This document shows positions 61,266 through 64,000 of a stretch of DNA of 64,000 nt, one piece after another (position 1 is the first letter of the stretch; every line of letters begins with the position of its first letter). The stretch is from contig CAVPLU010000010.1 in assembly GCA_963706285.1 (NCBI GenBank), forward strand, positions 128,001 to 192,000, written 5' to 3'. The notes beneath the pieces are model-generated. The model did no database searches and was not told where the DNA came from. It was given only the letters and a program-made list of their open reading frames with translations. Origin of the DNA: Candidatus Bathyarchaeota archaeon (GTDB lineage Archaea; Thermoproteota; Bathyarchaeia; 40CM-2-53-6). A program made the translations under genes and the position numbers.

Positions 61266-62165
61266 TTGACTATGGGAAACCGGCCGTTTGCGGGGCTTTT
61301 GCCGGGGCTGGTCTTCGGTTCGCTCTGCTTCGTCTGGGGGTCGACATGGTTGGCGATCAAGGTAGGATTGGGTTCTCTACCTCCAATCACATTTGCGGGG
61401 ATTCGATTCGCCATAGCTTCATGCTTACTCGCCAGCTACATGATTGCCAAGAGGATCGAGGTACCGAAAGACGTGGGGACTTGGCGAGTCATGCTCTTCC
61501 TCAGCCTAACCCAGATCGCCGTGCCATACGCCCTCACCTTCTGGGGAGAACAATACATGACAGCAGGCCTGACCTCCCTCCTGTTCGCCACCTTGCCTTT
61601 CTTCGTGGTGGTCTTCGCTCATTTCATGATACCCGGCGAACACCTGACGCCACGGAAGGTGCTGGCATTATTGGTATGCTTCGTTGGCGTCACGATAATC
61701 TTCTCCAAAGAGTTGATGTTTTCGCTCAACTCTCTTTGGGGGGGCATAGCTGTGATCGTAAGCGCCGGATGTGCCGGATGTGCGAACGTCGTCGGAAAGA
61801 AGTACTCGTCGTTCATCAACTCCACGGTCAATTTGGTGGTTCAGATGGGTGTTGGCGCGATTCTTCTAGTGGCAGCTGGGCTTGTCGTGGAACACGGAAT
61901 CCAGATGAACTTCAACTCTACTTCGGTCTTCGCGATTCTCTATCTTGCCATAATAGGCTCAGTTTTCGGTTTCGTAGCTCTCTACTGGCTTTTTGGTCGC
62001 ATGGAGGTGACACGGACTTCTCTCTTTACATTCATCACACCAATCGTTGCAGTCCTACTAGGATGGCTCATGTTGGGAGAGCGCATCGATCTCAACGTTG
62101 CCTTGGGCGGGTGCTTGATTCTGGTCGGAGTAGTATTGGTGAACCAAGCGCCGAGAACAGGCTAG
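61266..62165 (+). CDS. EamA/DMT-family transporter
   Basis: VWGSTWLAIK, PPITFAGIRF, YLAIIGS, PIVAVLLGWLMLGE; about 10 TM helices. Confidence 0.93.
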   Translation: MTMGNRPFAGLLPGLVFGSLCFVWGSTWLAIKVGLGSLPPITFAGIRFAIASCLLASYMIAKRIEVPKDVGTWRVMLFLSLTQIAVPYALTFWGEQYMTAGLTSLLFATLPFFVVVFAHFMIPGEHLTPRKVLALLVCFVGVTIIFSKELMFSLNSLWGGIAVIVSAGCAGCANVVGKKYSSFINSTVNLVVQMGVGAILLVAAGLVVEHGIQMNFNSTSVFAILYLAIIGSVFGFVALYWLFGRMEVTRTSLFTFITPIVAVLLGWLMLGERIDLNVALGGCLILVGVVLVNQAPRTG

Positions 62166-62179
62166 AGTTCGACCAAGTA

Positions 62180-62962
62180 CTACTTGCGTGGCTTTTTCGG
62201 AACAGGTTGTGCTTTGTCCCTGATTTTTCTCAGCACGCCCGTGATCAGAGACACCTCTCTTCTCGAAATGATCGACCTTGCTAGAATATTCCTGAACGCA
62301 CGATCGGCTAAACGCCTTCTATGTGTCGGAAGATCCGCCACATGTGCCAGCTGAGCAAACATGGAGGCTAATTGCTCCACCGACTGCTGCGATGGTTCAA
62401 GCGACCGTGAGCGCACGTGCCCAACCTTATGGAGTTCATAGAACACAATCGACGCAGCGGTCGCAACATTGAGCACATTGTAGTCCTCGTTAGCTGGTAT
62501 GCTGACGATCATGTTGCAATGTTGCAGCTCTATATTGTTGAGTCCAGTGCTTTCTCTCCCAAAGAGGAGCGCGACGGAACCATGGGTTCCTGCCAGACGC
62601 GAGGCGAGTTGTGCCGGATCGATTGTTATTCTAAGAATGTTCCTACTGCTCGTGCCTACGATCGCAGTCGTGCCGACCACATGATCAACTCCTTTCAAAG
62701 CATCTGAGAGTGTCTCGACTATCCATGCTTTCTCGAGAATCTCTTTGCCACGTGTAGCGTATCGGTAGGCCTCATCTCCGATGGATGTCTTCGGGGAGAC
62801 AATCCAGAGCTGTGTCAGACCAAAGTTACTCATTGACCGCGCGATAGATCCGATGTTGCCCTCCTTTTCAGGCTCCACGAGGACTACGCGAAAACGCTCG
62901 CTGCGTTCGTAGACAGAGGAAGCTTCGTTTTTCGAAGAAGCCTGATCTCTAGAGGTGTTCAC
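62180..62962 (-). CDS. trmJ: TrmJ-family SPOUT tRNA 2'-O-methyltransferase
   Basis: VLVEPEKEGNIGSIARSMSNFG, FGRESTGL, YNVLNVA. Confidence 0.9.
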   Translation of the reverse strand: MNTSRDQASSKNEASSVYERSERFRVVLVEPEKEGNIGSIARSMSNFGLTQLWIVSPKTSIGDEAYRYATRGKEILEKAWIVETLSDALKGVDHVVGTTAIVGTSSRNILRITIDPAQLASRLAGTHGSVALLFGRESTGLNNIELQHCNMIVSIPANEDYNVLNVATAASIVFYELHKVGHVRSRSLEPSQQSVEQLASMFAQLAHVADLPTHRRRLADRAFRNILARSIISRREVSLITGVLRKIRDKAQPVPKKPRK

Positions 62963-63818
62963 TCTTCATCATCTTGATCTCATTTGATAGCCGTTCAAGA
63001 TCGCTGACCTTCAACTGAAACACGCGCACGTCTGGCGGAGAGGGAAATGTATTCATCGCCAGATCCTTGTACCCGAGGGATCTCTCAAAGTACTGGCGAA
63101 GAACCTTCCTCGCCCTTCTTCTCCTCTGAGTGAACATGAACCTGACCATATCCTCGAAAAGCTTCTCGCTCCTCACAGGCACTTCGGCACGTGTCTTTCG
63201 GATGACAACCACAGCGGAATCCACTCTAGGTACAGGCCTAAACGAGCCCCTCCGAATAACCCCAGCCAGCTCGACTGAGGCTTTGTGTTGCACCATAACA
63301 CTGATCCTGCCATACTCAGGTGAGCCTGGCTTTGCTGCCAAGCGCTCAGCAAACTCTTTCTGAAGCGTCAGCACCACGCGGCGAAATCTCTTGGAAACGA
63401 GAAGAAGAACCAACCGCGACGAAATGTAGTACGGGGGGCTGGAAACGACCTTGTTGAAGCGAGGCAACTCCACTTTGAGTATGTCTCCCTGTATGATACG
63501 TAGTCTCCGATTTCGCCCATACTTGCTTCTCAGAATTGTTGCGAATCTTGGATCCTTCTCAACTGCGATGACCTTTCCGGCGTGGGCAAGAAGAGCCTCG
63601 GTCAGGAATCCTTTGCCAGGTCCAACCTCGAGAACGACATCCGATCTATCTAGATGGGAAGAGTTCACCATCAGATCGCGCGCGGTCTTATCCACAAGGA
63701 AGTTCTGACCTAGTCTTCGAAGCGGGGTGCTGTCCAAGTACTCGCCGGAATATCCTGGCTGCATGCTCAAGCCCACAATATGGGATCCGTAGCGGGGACG
63801 CTCTCGAAGCGTCGTCAT
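62949..63818 (-). CDS. rsmA: 16S rRNA dimethyladenosine transferase KsgA/Dim1 (true start probably about 63764-63770)
   Basis: LGQNFL, VLEVGPGKG, PPYYISS, QKEFAERL, YGRISV, FRPVPRVDS. Confidence 0.95.
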   Translation of the reverse strand: MTTLRERPRYGSHIVGLSMQPGYSGEYLDSTPLRRLGQNFLVDKTARDLMVNSSHLDRSDVVLEVGPGKGFLTEALLAHAGKVIAVEKDPRFATILRSKYGRNRRLRIIQGDILKVELPRFNKVVSSPPYYISSRLVLLLVSKRFRRVVLTLQKEFAERLAAKPGSPEYGRISVMVQHKASVELAGVIRRGSFRPVPRVDSAVVVIRKTRAEVPVRSEKLFEDMVRFMFTQRRRRARKVLRQYFERSLGYKDLAMNTFPSPPDVRVFQLKVSDLERLSNEIKMMKSEHL

Positions 63819-64000
63819 TCGGAACGTACCAGTAGGCGACAGCCCTCTTAATCATTTTACTATGCACCTGGCGCCGAGAATGTGCTAGGAAATGCAGGAA
63901 CGCCCGCTGGATTCGACAGCGTGTAATCCCGTTCATGGAACGTCTGAATCAAAACTCTGAATTGGAAGGCACGTGGCTTTCTCTATGGGAACTCTAATGC

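Noticed and set aside
61346-62284. Long alternative-frame ORF (312 aa) over the EamA gene, and similar shadow ORFs (e.g. 26894-27487, 42517-42981)
   Set aside because: Low-complexity Arg/Ser-rich translations overlapping well-supported genes; frame shadows.

Overview
Archaeal chromosomal window, about 50% GC. The gene set is TACK-type and most resembles Bathyarchaeia (inferred from gene content only). It holds core genes for translation/RNA processing (aIF5A, DHS, SRP54, eL21, Rpo4, Nob1, KsgA, TrmJ, NSUN, Clp1), repair (Lhr, AlkA, OGG1-type, RadB), pyrBI, argF, gcvT/H and carS. Energy loci are a 2-oxoacid:ferredoxin oxidoreductase operon joined to hdrA-mvhD/hdrC/hdrB, and nfnAB. There is one intron-containing tRNA-Pro(CGG). 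A decayed or error-rich island at about 11.7-18.3 kb carries tRNA-3'-end-like scars, a DndC-like gene, a MORC/GHKL ATPase, two HEPN-like genes and an AAA+ remnant. Many genes carry 1-nt indels that look like long-read consensus errors. The standout exception is a 26-nt hairpin insertion in the hypusine-loop codons of aIF5A. It folds as a relaxed bulge-helix-bulge, and its removal restores a full 131-aa protein, making it a candidate tRNA-type intron in an mRNA. All family assignments come from motif recognition by eye; no searches were run.
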